From assembly GCA_046290465.1 (NCBI GenBank), contig JBKAGP010000001.1:5696001-5760000 (forward strand): DNA of 64,000 nt, in the 5' to 3' direction. The notes beneath the pieces are model-generated. The model saw only the letters and a program-made list of their open reading frames with translations, ran no database searches and was not told the origin of the DNA. The DNA is from Planctomycetota bacterium (lineage in GTDB: Bacteria > Planctomycetota > UBA1135 > UBA2386). Each line of letters begins with the position of its first letter. Positions within the stretch are counted from its first letter, which is position 1. Below are positions 1 through 9,529 of this stretch, piece after piece. Made by a program: the position numbers and the translations under genes.

Positions 1-948
1 GGTGCCGAGCGCTGCGCACAGCAGGTCGCGGCCGCGCAGCGCCAGCTCGTGGTTGTGCCGGCGCAGCGCCGGCAGGCCGCCCGGCAGCAGTTGCTGCAAG
101 AACCGGATCGCCGCCGGCACGCACAGGGCCGGCGTGTAGTCGTTGGTGCCGCAGAAGTCGAACTCGAGCCGGAACCGCGAACGGTCGTCGCGCGGCACGT
201 TGGCGCCGTGGCTGATGGTCAGCGGCCGGATCTGCTGCTGGCGGTCGCGCCGCACGTGCAGCAGCGCCGAGCCCTTCGGCGTGCACAGCCACTTGTGGCA
301 GTTGCCGGTGTAGTAGGCGGCGCCGAGCGCGTCGAGGTCGAGCGGCAGCATGCCGGGTGCGTGGGCGCCGTCGACCAGCGTGTCGATGCCGCGTTCGGTC
401 ATCGCAGAGACCAGCCGTTCGACCGGGTTGACCAGGCCGGTCGGGCTGGTGACGTGGTCGATCAGCAGCAGCCGGGTGCGCTCGCTGACCCGCTCGAGCA
501 CGCGCGCGACGACGGTGTCGGCGTCGTCGATCGGGAACGGCACCGCGGCGACCACGACCCGTGCTCCGGCCCGTTCGGCGACGAAGTCGAGCGCGTTGCG
601 GCACGCGTTGTACTCGTGGTCGGTGACCAGCAGTTCGTCGCCCGGCGCGAACGTCAGCGAGCGCAGCACGGTGTTGACGCCGGTGGTCGCGTTGGGCACG
701 AACGCGAGGTCGTCGGCGTCGCAGCCGACCAGCTGCGCCAGCGGCTGCCGCGCGTCGTCGAGCATCGCCTCGAGTTCGCGATGCAGGAACTTCAGCGGCT
801 GGGCCTCCATGCGCGCACGCAGCTGCTGCTGCAGCTCCATCACGACGCGCGGGCAGGCGCCGAAGCTGCCGTGGTTGAGGAAGACGACGTCGGGGTCGAG
901 GTCCCAGTGGTGGGCGAGCGGCGACGGCGAAGGCATGTGCATGGTCAT
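1..948 (-). CDS. PLP-dependent aminotransferase class V (isopenicillin N epimerase / cysteine desulfhydrase-like); 3' end runs off the window
   Basis: Manual translation of the minus strand from ATG 948 gives MTMHMPSPSPLAHHWDLDPDVVFLNHGSFGACP...VDGAHAPG...YYTGNCHKWLC (PLP lysine motif). ATGA overlap with the upstream stop. Not in the ORF track because it has no stop in the window. Confidence 0.9.
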   Translation of the reverse strand, partial: MTMHMPSPSPLAHHWDLDPDVVFLNHGSFGACPRVVMELQQQLRARMEAQPLKFLHRELEAMLDDARQPLAQLVGCDADDLAFVPNATTGVNTVLRSLTFAPGDELLVTDHEYNACRNALDFVAERAGARVVVAAVPFPIDDADTVVARVLERVSERTRLLLIDHVTSPTGLVNPVERLVSAMTERGIDTLVDGAHAPGMLPLDLDALGAAYYTGNCHKWLCTPKGSALLHVRRDRQQQIRPLTISHGANVPRDDRSRFRLEFDFCGTNDYTPALCVPAAIRFLQQLLPGGLPALRRHNHELALRGRDLLCAALGT

Positions 949-2219
949 TCGATGCGCACCCAGACGCGCACGGCCGCGCTGCGCAGCCTGTTGGCGTCGG
1001 GCGGTCCTTCGTGCAGGTGCACGAACGGCTGCGCCAGGATCGGTCCCTTGGCGGTCAGCTTGCGGTTGGCGAGCGCGCGTTCGAGCTGCTGGCGGCCGGT
1101 CGCGATGCGCTGCTCGACGTCGCCCTCGGTTGGGTAGACGACCAGCAGGCGGCCCTGCGGCACGTCGCTGAGCCAGTAGCCATCGGGCGCGTCGAACTCC
1201 GGGCCGTCGTCGCGGCGGCGGAACGGCGCGGCCAGCAGCCCGCGGCTGCGCTCGTCGACGAAGATGCACGGGAAGCCGGCGATGCGCTGCTGCTGCCGCT
1301 GCAGTTCCTCGATCACCGGCCGGTAGGTCTCGTGGCGCGTCTGCCAGTCGCCGGGATCCGGCAGCACGACCAGCCGGGTCGCCTTGCCGGCGACGACGAT
1401 CGGCGTCGCCGACTGGGTCTCGACGACGGCGCCCGGGATCGGCGTGCGGATCGTATTCGGTTGGGTCGTGTCGCCGTTGGCCCGCTGCGCGCCCGGCAGC
1501 TCGAAGTAGGCGGGCGGGAACTGCACGCCGCCGTCCTCGAACACGACCCGGCACAGGCCGAGGCGCGCATGCCGCAGCGTGCGTGCGACCCACGACACGC
1601 GCGTTTGCAGGTAGTTCTCGATCGCGACGGTGGTCCGCGCCTTGGTGAACGCGCGCGGCAGCAGCGTGCCGGCGAACAGCGTCATCGTCGCGGTCGCGCC
1701 GTCGCCGTCGCGCAGCCGGAAGCCGTCGCCGACGGCCTCGCAGCCGCTTGCGCGGTGCAGCGCGCCGAACGCCGCCGCGTCGACCACCTGCAGCGCGTCA
1801 CGCAGCAGCAGCGCCTCGGGCTCGTCGACCGCCGCGCCGTCCATCCGCCGCACGACGTCGTCGCGCACCAGCCAGTCCCGGGTGCCTTCGCGCACGCGGG
1901 CGCGGTCGGGCAGGTGGGCCTGCACCAGCAGTTGGCGGCCGTCGGCGAGCGTCAGGCGCACCTTGACGCGGCGCATGCGATCCATCAGCGGGCCGTGGCA
2001 CTCGGCCAGGATCGCCGCGGGCAGGTCCGCGGCCGCGATCTCGGCGACGTCGACGGCGCGCGCCTGTGCCGGTGCGGCGGTCGGCGTCGGGGCGTCCTCG
2101 GGCGGCTGCCCGCAGCCCGCCAGCACCGCCAGCAGGCAGGCGGTCGCGAGCCCGTGCGCGAACGGCCGCCGGGCCGCTAGTCCTTGCCGTTCTCGCCGCG
2201 ATCGAAGACCTTGCGCCAC
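945..2219 (-). CDS. Putative lipoprotein, possible C-terminal GyrI-like ligand-binding domain; start uncertain
   Basis: C-terminal part of ORF 945..3122; lipobox LAVLAGC; nearest plausible in-frame start is GTG 2219; operon-like packing. Confidence 0.6.
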   Translation of the reverse strand: MAQGLRSRRERQGLAARRPFAHGLATACLLAVLAGCGQPPEDAPTPTAAPAQARAVDVAEIAAADLPAAILAECHGPLMDRMRRVKVRLTLADGRQLLVQAHLPDRARVREGTRDWLVRDDVVRRMDGAAVDEPEALLLRDALQVVDAAAFGALHRASGCEAVGDGFRLRDGDGATATMTLFAGTLLPRAFTKARTTVAIENYLQTRVSWVARTLRHARLGLCRVVFEDGGVQFPPAYFELPGAQRANGDTTQPNTIRTPIPGAVVETQSATPIVVAGKATRLVVLPDPGDWQTRHETYRPVIEELQRQQQRIAGFPCIFVDERSRGLLAAPFRRRDDGPEFDAPDGYWLSDVPQGRLLVVYPTEGDVEQRIATGRQQLERALANRKLTAKGPILAQPFVHLHEGPPDANRLRSAAVRVWVRIE

Positions 2220-3172
2220 GCGTCCAGGTCGTAGCCGTAGTCCTTGTTGCCGGCAAGCGCCGCCAGCGCCTTGCGGGCGTGCAGGCGCACGTTCTGCACC
2301 GATTCGGACGGCTCGAGCAGCTTCAGCAGGTCCTGCCAGCGGTCCTGCGCGTTCATCCGCCCGAGCGCCAGCGCCGACGCCATGCGCAGCCGCGGCACCG
2401 GGTGGCGCAGCAGCGGCGCGACCAGGTCGGCGTGCTTGTCGTCGCCGGTCAGGCCGAGGCCGCGCACCGCGGTGACCAGCACGCCGGGCGGCATGCGCTC
2501 GAGCTCGGTGGTCAGGAAGCGACGCCAGTAGCGCACGATCTCGTCGGGCGTCGTCGACGCGGTCTGCACGCGGTAGAGCGCCCAGGCGGCCTGCACGCGG
2601 CCGTCCTCGGGGTGGCGGTCGTTCTCGACGACCGCGGCCAGCGGGCCGGGCATGGTGGTCGGCGAACGCAGGATCGCGAGGCCGAACACCGCCTTGTCGA
2701 CGATCTCCGGATCGTCCGACATGGTGCCGTTCTCGATCAGGTTGGTGACGTCGTGGCGGCCGGAGAAGCCGAGCGCCGCGAGCGCGATGCCCTGCTGGCG
2801 CGGCTCCGACGAGTCGGCCGCGAGCGCGCGCAGCTGGCGCAGGTTGTCGCCGACCTCGTAGTCGTTGGGGTCGTCGCCGTAACGAATGGCCTTGCTGCCG
2901 AGCACCAGCTTCTGCACGTACTCCTCGATCTGCTTGGCCTGCTTGTCGGCGCGCGGGTCCCCCTGGTTGGCCAGCGCCATCGCGTAGCTCTCCATCGCCT
3001 GGTCGAGCTTGATCAGCACCTGCTCGAGGCGGCGCCGGCTCTTGTCGTCGGCGTTGCGCTGCTGCTCGGTCTTGACCAGCTCGGGGTCGGACTCGGTGCG
3101 CAGCGTCGGCGTCGACGAGCACGAGGCGAACAGCAGGACGAGCAGCGGCAGCGAGGCGAACGGACGGATCAT
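2177..3172 (-). CDS. HEAT-repeat lipoprotein
   Basis: MIRPFASLPLLVLLFASC lipobox; repeated AALALG / VRxHARKAL HEAT-like helices. Confidence 0.8.
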   Translation of the reverse strand: MIRPFASLPLLVLLFASCSSTPTLRTESDPELVKTEQQRNADDKSRRRLEQVLIKLDQAMESYAMALANQGDPRADKQAKQIEEYVQKLVLGSKAIRYGDDPNDYEVGDNLRQLRALAADSSEPRQQGIALAALGFSGRHDVTNLIENGTMSDDPEIVDKAVFGLAILRSPTTMPGPLAAVVENDRHPEDGRVQAAWALYRVQTASTTPDEIVRYWRRFLTTELERMPPGVLVTAVRGLGLTGDDKHADLVAPLLRHPVPRLRMASALALGRMNAQDRWQDLLKLLEPSESVQNVRLHARKALAALAGNKDYGYDLDAWRKVFDRGENGKD

Positions 3173-3243
3173 GGCGGGCCTTGGACTGGGTTCGGCCTCC
3201 ATCCTTCCCGCTTGTTGCCCCGGATGCCAGAATCGCCGCTCCG

Positions 3244-4269
3244 ATGGCTGATCCGACACGTCACGAGTGCGAGCAACTGCGCGCAGTCTGGGACCGCAGC
3301 AGCCGGGCGCAGGTGCTGGTCGCGGTGCACGATACGCGGCTCGGCCCGGCGCACGGCGGCATCCGCCGCTGGGCCTATGGCGACCTCGCCGAGGCCGAAC
3401 GCGACGTCGTCGCGCTGGCGAGCGCGATGACCTGGAAGTGCGCGCTGGCCGAGGTGCCGGCCGGCGGCGGCAAGGCGGTGATCGTCGACCGGCCCGACCT
3501 CGACCGCGAGGCCGCCTACCGCCTCGTCGGCCGCATCGTCGCCGAGCTCGGCGGCGCGTTCTACACCGGTCCCGACGTCAACACGACCGCTGCCGACCTG
3601 CGCGTGGTCGCCGAGCAGACCCGCTTCGTCGCGACCGACGCCGACGACGGCCCCGGCGACCTGGCTGCGGCGACCAGCGAGGGCGTGCTGGCGGCGCTGC
3701 TGGCGCTGGCCGAACGGCTCGAACGGCCGGTCGACCAGCTGCACTGCGTGGTGCAGGGCCTCGGCGCGGTCGGCTTCGGCCTGTGCCAGCGGCTGGCCGC
3801 GCGCGGCGCCCGGCTGTCGGTGTTCGACGTGCTGCCCGAGCCGGTCGAACGGGCGGTGCAGCAGTTCGACGCGCGCGCGCTCGAGCACGACCAGCTGGCC
3901 GACACCGAGGCCGACGTGTTCGCCCCCTGTGCGCTCGGCGGCGTGCTGACCGAGGCGGTCGCGCGTTCGATCCCGGTGCGCGGCGTCTGCGGCGCCGCCA
4001 ACAACGTGTTCGCCGACGACGCCGCGGTCACCGCCGCACATCAGCGCGGCCTGCTGGTCGTGCCGGACTTCGTCGCCAACGCCGGGGCGCTGATCCAGGG
4101 CGCCCTGTGGAACCTGCAGCAGCAGCGGGTCGGCGTCGACCGCCTGCACCGGATCGGCGACACCGTGCGCGAGGTGCTGGCGCGCGCCGCCGCAGAACGG
4201 CTGCCGCCGACGCAGCTGGCGCTGCAGCTGGCGCGCGAGCGGGTGGAGCGCGCGGGCTCCGCGTCGTAG
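3244..4269 (+). CDS. Glu/Leu/Phe/Val dehydrogenase (leucine dehydrogenase-like)
   Basis: GPAHGGIR, MTWKCA, GGGKAVI, GPDVNT, VQGLGAVG, PCALGG, GAANN and PDFVANAG motifs. Confidence 0.93.
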   Translation: MADPTRHECEQLRAVWDRSSRAQVLVAVHDTRLGPAHGGIRRWAYGDLAEAERDVVALASAMTWKCALAEVPAGGGKAVIVDRPDLDREAAYRLVGRIVAELGGAFYTGPDVNTTAADLRVVAEQTRFVATDADDGPGDLAAATSEGVLAALLALAERLERPVDQLHCVVQGLGAVGFGLCQRLAARGARLSVFDVLPEPVERAVQQFDARALEHDQLADTEADVFAPCALGGVLTEAVARSIPVRGVCGAANNVFADDAAVTAAHQRGLLVVPDFVANAGALIQGALWNLQQQRVGVDRLHRIGDTVREVLARAAAERLPPTQLALQLARERVERAGSAS

Positions 4270-4280
4270 CGTGCACGGTG

Positions 4281-4676
4281 ATGACTGAGTTCTCCGACCC
4301 GCCGCACCGCGTGCGCGTTCGCTACTGCGAGACCGACCGCATGGCCGTCGCGCACCACGGCAGCTACGTCGCCTGGTTCGAAGAGGCGCGCACCGAGTGG
4401 ATGCGGCAGCGCGGCCGCACCTACCGCGAGATCGAGGACGACGGCAACCTCCTGCAGGTCGTCGACTTCCAGTGCAGCTACCACAAGCCGGTCGACTACG
4501 ACGAAGTGGTCGCGATCCGCGTGCGCATCGAGGCGTCGGGCCGCGCGGCGCTGACGCTGGCCTACGAGGCGAGGCGCGAGTCCGACGACCAGGTCTGCGC
4601 GACCGGCAGCACGCGGCTGGCCTGCGTCGGCCGCGACGGTCGGCTGCGGCGGCTGCCCAAGGAGCTGCTGGCGTGA
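4281..4676 (+). CDS. Acyl-CoA thioesterase, YbgC/4HBT hotdog family
   Basis: RVRYCETDRMAVAHHGSYVAWFEEARTEW motif. Confidence 0.92.
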   Translation: MTEFSDPPHRVRVRYCETDRMAVAHHGSYVAWFEEARTEWMRQRGRTYREIEDDGNLLQVVDFQCSYHKPVDYDEVVAIRVRIEASGRAALTLAYEARRESDDQVCATGSTRLACVGRDGRLRRLPKELLA

Positions 4677-6010
4677 GGCTGCACCTGGCGCTGCTGCTTG
4701 CGACGACCGCCACCGGCCTCGCGGCGCAGGACGTCGCGATCGCCAGGGGTGAGGCCTTCGAGCTGCACCTGCACGGCGGCAGCGAGCGCGTCGCGAAGCA
4801 GGCGCTGGAGGTCGTCGAGCCGGTCTGGCCGATCGTCTGCAAGGTGTTCGGCAGCCCCGACGCGCGGCCCGAACGGCTGCTCGAGGTGCACCTGTATCGC
4901 GACGTCGACGGCTACCTGCGCGCCGACCGCGAGCTGACCGGCGGCCGTTTCGGGCCCAACCAGGCGATGTCGCACTGGAACAGCAAGAGCGCGCACGTCG
5001 CGATGCAGCCGCCCTGCAGCGACGCGCTGCTCGACCGCCTGGGCCTGCCGCTGCAGACCGAGGCGATGCTGGCGTGGGAGGCGTGCCACATCGCGCGCTT
5101 CGAGCTGTGCCCGAACTTCCGTTCGCACCCGGGCTGGTTCCACGACGGCCTCGCCGCGACGACCGCGCAGCAGGTGCTGCGGCAGCGGCATCCCAAGATG
5201 GGCGAGCAGCCGTTCTTCACGCAGCGCTGGCGACGGGTGCGGCGGCTGGCCGACGACGGCGACCTGCTGGCGGTGGCGCCGCTGCTCGGCGACGAGACCC
5301 ACGGCATGGCGATGCGCGACCGCTACGCCGAGCGCATCGCGTTCTTCGAGTTTGCCCAGCAGAAGCGCCCGCGCCGCCTGCGCGAGATCGCCAGGAAGGT
5401 GCGTTCGACCGGCGGCGGCAGCAACTACGCCGGCAAGGTGCGCGAAGCGGCAGTGGCGGCGCTCGGCGGCCTCGACGCCGCGTTCCGCAAGCGCGCGGCG
5501 GCGGCGAGCCCGGAGTGGGACGAGCAGATCCGATCCCTGTGGTGCATCGGCGACGAGTGGCACCAGCGCGCCTTCGCCGACACCAACGCGGTCGCGTTCC
5601 GCGCCGAGCCGGTGCGCGGCCGCCGCTTCCGCGTCGCCGGCGAGGTGATGATCCACGCCGGCAGCAAGCAGCAGATGAACCTGCTGTTCGCGCGTTCGGC
5701 CGAGGGCTTCTACTCGCTGGCGATCACCGCCGGGGTCGGGTTCACGCTGTTCGACCATCGCTTCGACGGCAACGTCTGGCGGGTCGTCGAGCGCGGTCGG
5801 CACGAGGGAGTGCGGGCGGACGAGTTCTTGCGCTTCGAGCTGTCGGGCAAGGGCAGGAACGTCGAGCTGCGGCTGGCGGGCGAGTCGTGGCAGATCACGT
5901 TGCCGCGGGCGCTGCCGGATGAGGTGCGGTGGGGTGTCGGCGCGCAGGGGGGTGGGGATGCGGTTTGTGGGAGTAGTGGGGTCTGGCGGGGGGTCAAGGG
6001 TGGCAGGTGA
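4673..6010 (+). CDS. Secreted protein with a degenerate peptidase-MA-like domain and a beta-rich C-terminal domain
   Basis: GTGA overlap with the thioesterase; signal peptide ending GLAA-Q; AWEACH...GWFHDGLA resembles HExxH...WxxEGxA. Confidence 0.7.
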   Translation: MRLHLALLLATTATGLAAQDVAIARGEAFELHLHGGSERVAKQALEVVEPVWPIVCKVFGSPDARPERLLEVHLYRDVDGYLRADRELTGGRFGPNQAMSHWNSKSAHVAMQPPCSDALLDRLGLPLQTEAMLAWEACHIARFELCPNFRSHPGWFHDGLAATTAQQVLRQRHPKMGEQPFFTQRWRRVRRLADDGDLLAVAPLLGDETHGMAMRDRYAERIAFFEFAQQKRPRRLREIARKVRSTGGGSNYAGKVREAAVAALGGLDAAFRKRAAAASPEWDEQIRSLWCIGDEWHQRAFADTNAVAFRAEPVRGRRFRVAGEVMIHAGSKQQMNLLFARSAEGFYSLAITAGVGFTLFDHRFDGNVWRVVERGRHEGVRADEFLRFELSGKGRNVELRLAGESWQITLPRALPDEVRWGVGAQGGGDAVCGSSGVWRGVKGGR

Positions 6011-6277
6011 TGGTGGTGTGTGGTCGGGGTTGGGTAGGTCTTCTTGTGGGGGGAGGCCGTGGGGGCGGTGAACCGGGCGAAGAGCGTGAGCGTGGTTGTC
6101 CGTGGGCTGGGGCGTGATGCGGGTGGCAGGCGGGTAGGCCTGCGGAACGCGTCGGCGGTAGCCGTCGGTGGTCGGTGCGGTTGCGGGGTGCCTGAGTTGG
6201 GCTAGGCTGGGGTTTGGTGCGGCGAGTTGGGTTCGTCGGCCGAGACCGAGTTGGTAAGAAGCCTGGAGGCGACTGCT

Positions 6278-6538
6278 TTGACCGAGCGTGCTTGTGCCCG
6301 ATGCGGCGCTGCGATGGAGGCCGGCTTCACAACCGCGGAGGGCCTGCTCGGTGGCGACCGAGTCGATTCGGGCAATGCGCGCCTTCGGTTCGTTGTCCCG
6401 TGCAGCGAGGCAACATCGTCCAACCCTCTCAAGGCGTTGGTTCAAGGCCTCGAGCACGGCGCGCCATCCCGGACCTACGCGATAACTGGCTGGAGATGTA
6501 CGGGATGCGCGGCGCTGGAGTTCATCGCTGACTCGTGA
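6278..6538 (+). CDS. Small zinc-ribbon protein (CxxC...CxxC), cassette-like
   Basis: GGAGG RBS then TTG; MTERACARCGAAMEAG...WRCTGC. Confidence 0.65.
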   Translation: MTERACARCGAAMEAGFTTAEGLLGGDRVDSGNARLRFVVPCSEATSSNPLKALVQGLEHGAPSRTYAITGWRCTGCAALEFIADS

Positions 6539-6639
6539 CCCGTTGTCTGGCGGCGTGAGCTCTGTCCACCAAACCGGGGGAAGGTCACGCCTCGAAGCAA
6601 TCCCTGACGGCGCTGCAGGCCTCAGATGAGTCGCGGTCG

Positions 6640-6948
6640 ATGCGCATCCTTGCTACCCCGATCTACTACGCGTTCTTCACGTTGATGGGTGCGGGCTCCA
6701 CCTCGGTGGTGGCTGCCTGGATCGCCTTGCGCTACCCCGGTGTCTTCTGTGACCCGGCGACGATCGGGCCTGACAAGCCCGTTCCAGACCACTGGCTCGT
6801 GGACGCGGCGCCTTGGCTTGGCGGTGCGGCAGGCCTTGTCGTCGCTTGGGGCCTTCCCCGCATGTTTCGGCGCTCGGCGCTGGATCCGGGAGGTAAGCTC
6901 GCCGTCCGACGAGGCGCTGTTTCGGATGACGCTTCGCACCGCGGGTAA
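6640..6948 (+). CDS. Small membrane protein (2 TM), cassette-like
   Basis: Two hydrophobic segments; 3' end runs into an attC-like sequence. Confidence 0.5.
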   Translation: MRILATPIYYAFFTLMGAGSTSVVAAWIALRYPGVFCDPATIGPDKPVPDHWLVDAAPWLGGAAGLVVAWGLPRMFRRSALDPGGKLAVRRGAVSDDASHRG

Positions 6949-6985
6949 GCCTCAAGAGGCGTCGGCCGAACGCGTGATCATGATC
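6904..6985 (+). repeat. Degenerate attC-like site 1
   Basis: GTCCGAC-GAGGCGCTG...GCGTCGGCCGAACGCGTGATC; both core sites deviate from AAC/GTT. Confidence 0.35.
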
Positions 6986-7018
6986 GAGTTCCTATCGCGT
7001 CGGGTACGGAGGTGGCGA

Positions 7019-7687
7019 ATGCAGATCCTCAAGGAGTCGAGCAGCAGCGGGCCAGGTGGCCTGCGCTTCTGCCTGGGTGACCGCAACCGCGATGTGGCTT
7101 CGGCACTTGCCTCCGCGTTCGCCGATCTCGACTTCGTCGAGGTCGCGTGCGGCGACCTGTTGGATGCGTCGCCCGACTGCGTCGTGTGTCCGGGCAACAG
7201 CTTTGGAGACATGGGCGGCGGGTTCGACAAGGCCGTCGACGACCTGCACGGAGGTCGTGCCCAGCCCGCGGTCGTCAAGGCGATCGCGCAGCAGTTCATG
7301 GGCGAGCTACCCGTGGGCGTCGGCTTGGTCGTCGACGTGCCCGATGCGAAGCGGGCTCGCTACCTGGTGATGGCGCCAACCATGCGGGTGCCTGGTCCTG
7401 CGCCAGCGATCGGTGCCTACCTCGCTACGCGTGGTGCATTGGTGGCGATCTCCAAGTTCCTGGCGGCGGCCAGGCCGGCGATTCGGACCGTTGCGATTCC
7501 GGGCATGTGCACGGGGGTCGGCGGGATGTCGTTCTCCGAGTCCGCGAGCCAGATGCGGGCCGCATTCGCGAGCGTTGTCGATGGACACTGGCGGCAGGTC
7601 GCGCACCCGGCGATGGCACCCTACGCCCTTCGAGGCGTCGGCCGACTCGGTGGCGATGCAGCTGGCGAAGCTGCGCGTCGCACCTGA
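7019..7687 (+). CDS. Macro domain (ADP-ribose binding/processing) protein
   Basis: GGAGG RBS; GDLL, VCPGNSFGDMGGGFD, APTMRVP and AIPGMCTGVGG macro motifs. Confidence 0.88.
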   Translation: MQILKESSSSGPGGLRFCLGDRNRDVASALASAFADLDFVEVACGDLLDASPDCVVCPGNSFGDMGGGFDKAVDDLHGGRAQPAVVKAIAQQFMGELPVGVGLVVDVPDAKRARYLVMAPTMRVPGPAPAIGAYLATRGALVAISKFLAAARPAIRTVAIPGMCTGVGGMSFSESASQMRAAFASVVDGHWRQVAHPAMAPYALRGVGRLGGDAAGEAARRT

Positions 7688-7705
7688 TCGTCACGGACGT
7701 TGGAA
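7640..7705 (+). repeat. attC-like site 2
   Basis: Imperfect palindrome GCGATGCAGCTGGCGAAG...TCGCACCTGATCG ending in core GTTGGAA. Confidence 0.5.
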
Positions 7706-7829
7706 TGGTCATGGCCACGCAGCCGCCGGACCTCCAGGTCGCGGTCGGAGCGCTGTCGGGCATGATCGGGTTCTTGCTGACGCGACCACGGCACGATCTT
7801 GCCACCCGTTCGCAACAGGGCGGTAGATT

Positions 7830-7893
7830 GTCGAACTCGCCGCTACGGCAGACCGCGCCGCGCGCGGCAGCTGATCAGTCGGAGACGTTGCAC
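7830..7893 (+). repeat. attC-like site 3 (best preserved)
   Basis: GTCGAAC...GGCAGACCGCG / CGCGGCAGCTGATC...GTTGCAC, 64 bp, with AAC and GTT cores; next ATG lies 16 nt after the core. Confidence 0.6.
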
Positions 7894-7909
7894 GTACTTT
7901 GCCTGCCTG

Positions 7910-8704
7910 ATGGGAATCACCTGGATCTTGGAACGCGGCGTCATGGCTGATGTGCACGAGCGACTTCGCGCGGCAGCTGCTGCGAGCGATCAGGAGGTGC
8001 TCGACTGGCGGGACGAGTGGTTCGAGAGCTGGCCGCGATGCACTGCTCGGCACGTTGTCTTCCACGGCAGCCTCGGCTTTGCGGCGCGCGTGCATGCCGA
8101 ATCACCCTGGACGCCGGGGGCGTTCTGCGATGTTCCTGCGTTCTGCTGCTCGTCGTGGTACGCGAGTGCGGGCAGATGGCTGCTGCACCGTGAATGGGCC
8201 ATGCAGACGGTCGCGTCGCTGGTCGCCGACCCGGTCGCAGCATTCGCTCGGTTCGGTAGCCCGCCTGCGCTGTTCGTGCGTCCCGACAGTCCGCTGAAGC
8301 CATTCTCCGGGAGGGTGGTTCGACGTGATCAGGTTTCCCTGGCGGCCCTGGACCACGGGTTCTACTTCGACGACACCTCGATCGCAGTGATCCTCGCTCC
8401 GGTCCGGCAGGTTGAGCGGGAGTGGCGGTATGTGGTCGTAGATGGGAGGGTGATAGCGGGCAGTGCCTACGTTGCCGAGAGGCGTGCCCCAAGCCCAGAC
8501 GATCCCAGTGGTGAGCCTTGGCGGTTTGCGCAGGCAGTCGCAAGCTCGCTGCCGGCGCCGGAGATCGCCTACGTGCTCGATGTGTGTTCCGCGGATGGTC
8601 AGCTGTGGCTCGTCGAGTTGAATCCTCTCAGTGGTGCCGACCTGTATGCATGCGACATGAATGCCGTCGTTCGTGAGATCGCTGGTGTCCTTGAACGATT
8701 CTAG
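7910..8704 (+). CDS. ATP-grasp domain protein (DUF4343/R2K-like)
   Basis: FHGSL, LFVRPDSPLKPFSG, EWRYVVVDG, YVLDV and VELNPLSGADLY. Confidence 0.85.
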   Translation: MGITWILERGVMADVHERLRAAAAASDQEVLDWRDEWFESWPRCTARHVVFHGSLGFAARVHAESPWTPGAFCDVPAFCCSSWYASAGRWLLHREWAMQTVASLVADPVAAFARFGSPPALFVRPDSPLKPFSGRVVRRDQVSLAALDHGFYFDDTSIAVILAPVRQVEREWRYVVVDGRVIAGSAYVAERRAPSPDDPSGEPWRFAQAVASSLPAPEIAYVLDVCSADGQLWLVELNPLSGADLYACDMNAVVREIAGVLERF

Positions 8705-8760
8705 AGGGTTCCAGGCGCTGGCAGCGTTTCGCGGCAGCTGGTCCGCCGAGAACGTTGTCT
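8705..8760 (+). repeat. Partial attC-like site 4
   Basis: CGCGGCAGCTGGTCCGCCGAGAACGTTG matches the 3' arm of site 3 (CGCGGCAGCTGATCAGTCGGAGACGTTG); immediately follows a stop codon. Confidence 0.45.
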
Positions 8761-8779
8761 TCTTGGAACCCGAACCGTG

Positions 8780-9179
8780 ATGCACACATGGATCGACATC
8801 CTGGTTGCGCACGGCGCTGCGCGCCGCTGCTCAGGGGCCGAGAGGCTGGCGGACGTACTCGCAGTCATGGAGACGTTGATCAGATCGTCGGCATGGCGGA
8901 TCACGGCCATTCAACGTTCGGCTTCGTGACGGAGCCAGCGCCAAGATGGATCCCGCGCGCGCGCGGAGAAGGGACCTGACTGGCTGGCTCGAGGACCTGT
9001 TGCCCCTGTTGGATGCTGGGGCGAAGGGCGAGGCGGTGGACGCGCCGCTCCGTGCCAGGCTGGATTGGCTGTTCCAGCCGCCGGTCTACCTGGCCTATTA
9101 CGTGCCCGAGGGGGTGGCCTTGGCGGTGGACGAGACCGCGGATGGCAAGACCTTCGCCGCCAGGTTCGTGTCCCGGTAG
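8780..9179 (+). pseudogene. Probable frameshifted cassette ORF of unknown function
   Basis: ATG shortly after the attC-like core; protein-like segments in three successive frames ending at TAG 9179. Confidence 0.3.
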
Positions 9180-9529
9180 GGGCTGAAGGGCCCCTTCGAC
9201 CGCGATGCGGACAACGCTTCGCCACACATCCTGGGCGTAGCGGACGTCCGGCCGACCGCCCGAGCGATGCCCGCAGGACCGCGGGCTGTCCGCCCCGGCC
9301 CGTTCCCTCGCGTTTACCCCGGTAGACCCGCCAGAACCCCACCGCCCCGTGCAAGCCGCGGCCCCGGCATGCCCGTGGCCGCCTTCCACCCTGCCCCAAG
9401 CCCGCCGATCCACCCCCAAACCCCGCACACAGCCCCCACCCGCCTCTCGCAGGAACGCTTGCCTTCGCGTAAGTTGGGTTCTCCCTGGAGGCGGGAATCC
9501 TCTCCCATCCCGCCCGTAGCCGGCGCCCG

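Noticed and set aside
1..948. Beta-lactam biosynthesis (cefD) cluster
   Set aside because: The family is widespread and no other beta-lactam or NRPS genes are visible in the window.
6539..6640. Additional attC site after the zinc-ribbon gene, and another near 9180-9260
   Set aside because: Short hairpins are present (GGCGTGA/TCACGCC; GAAGGG/CCCTTC) but there are no convincing paired AAC/GTT cores or similarity to the other sites.
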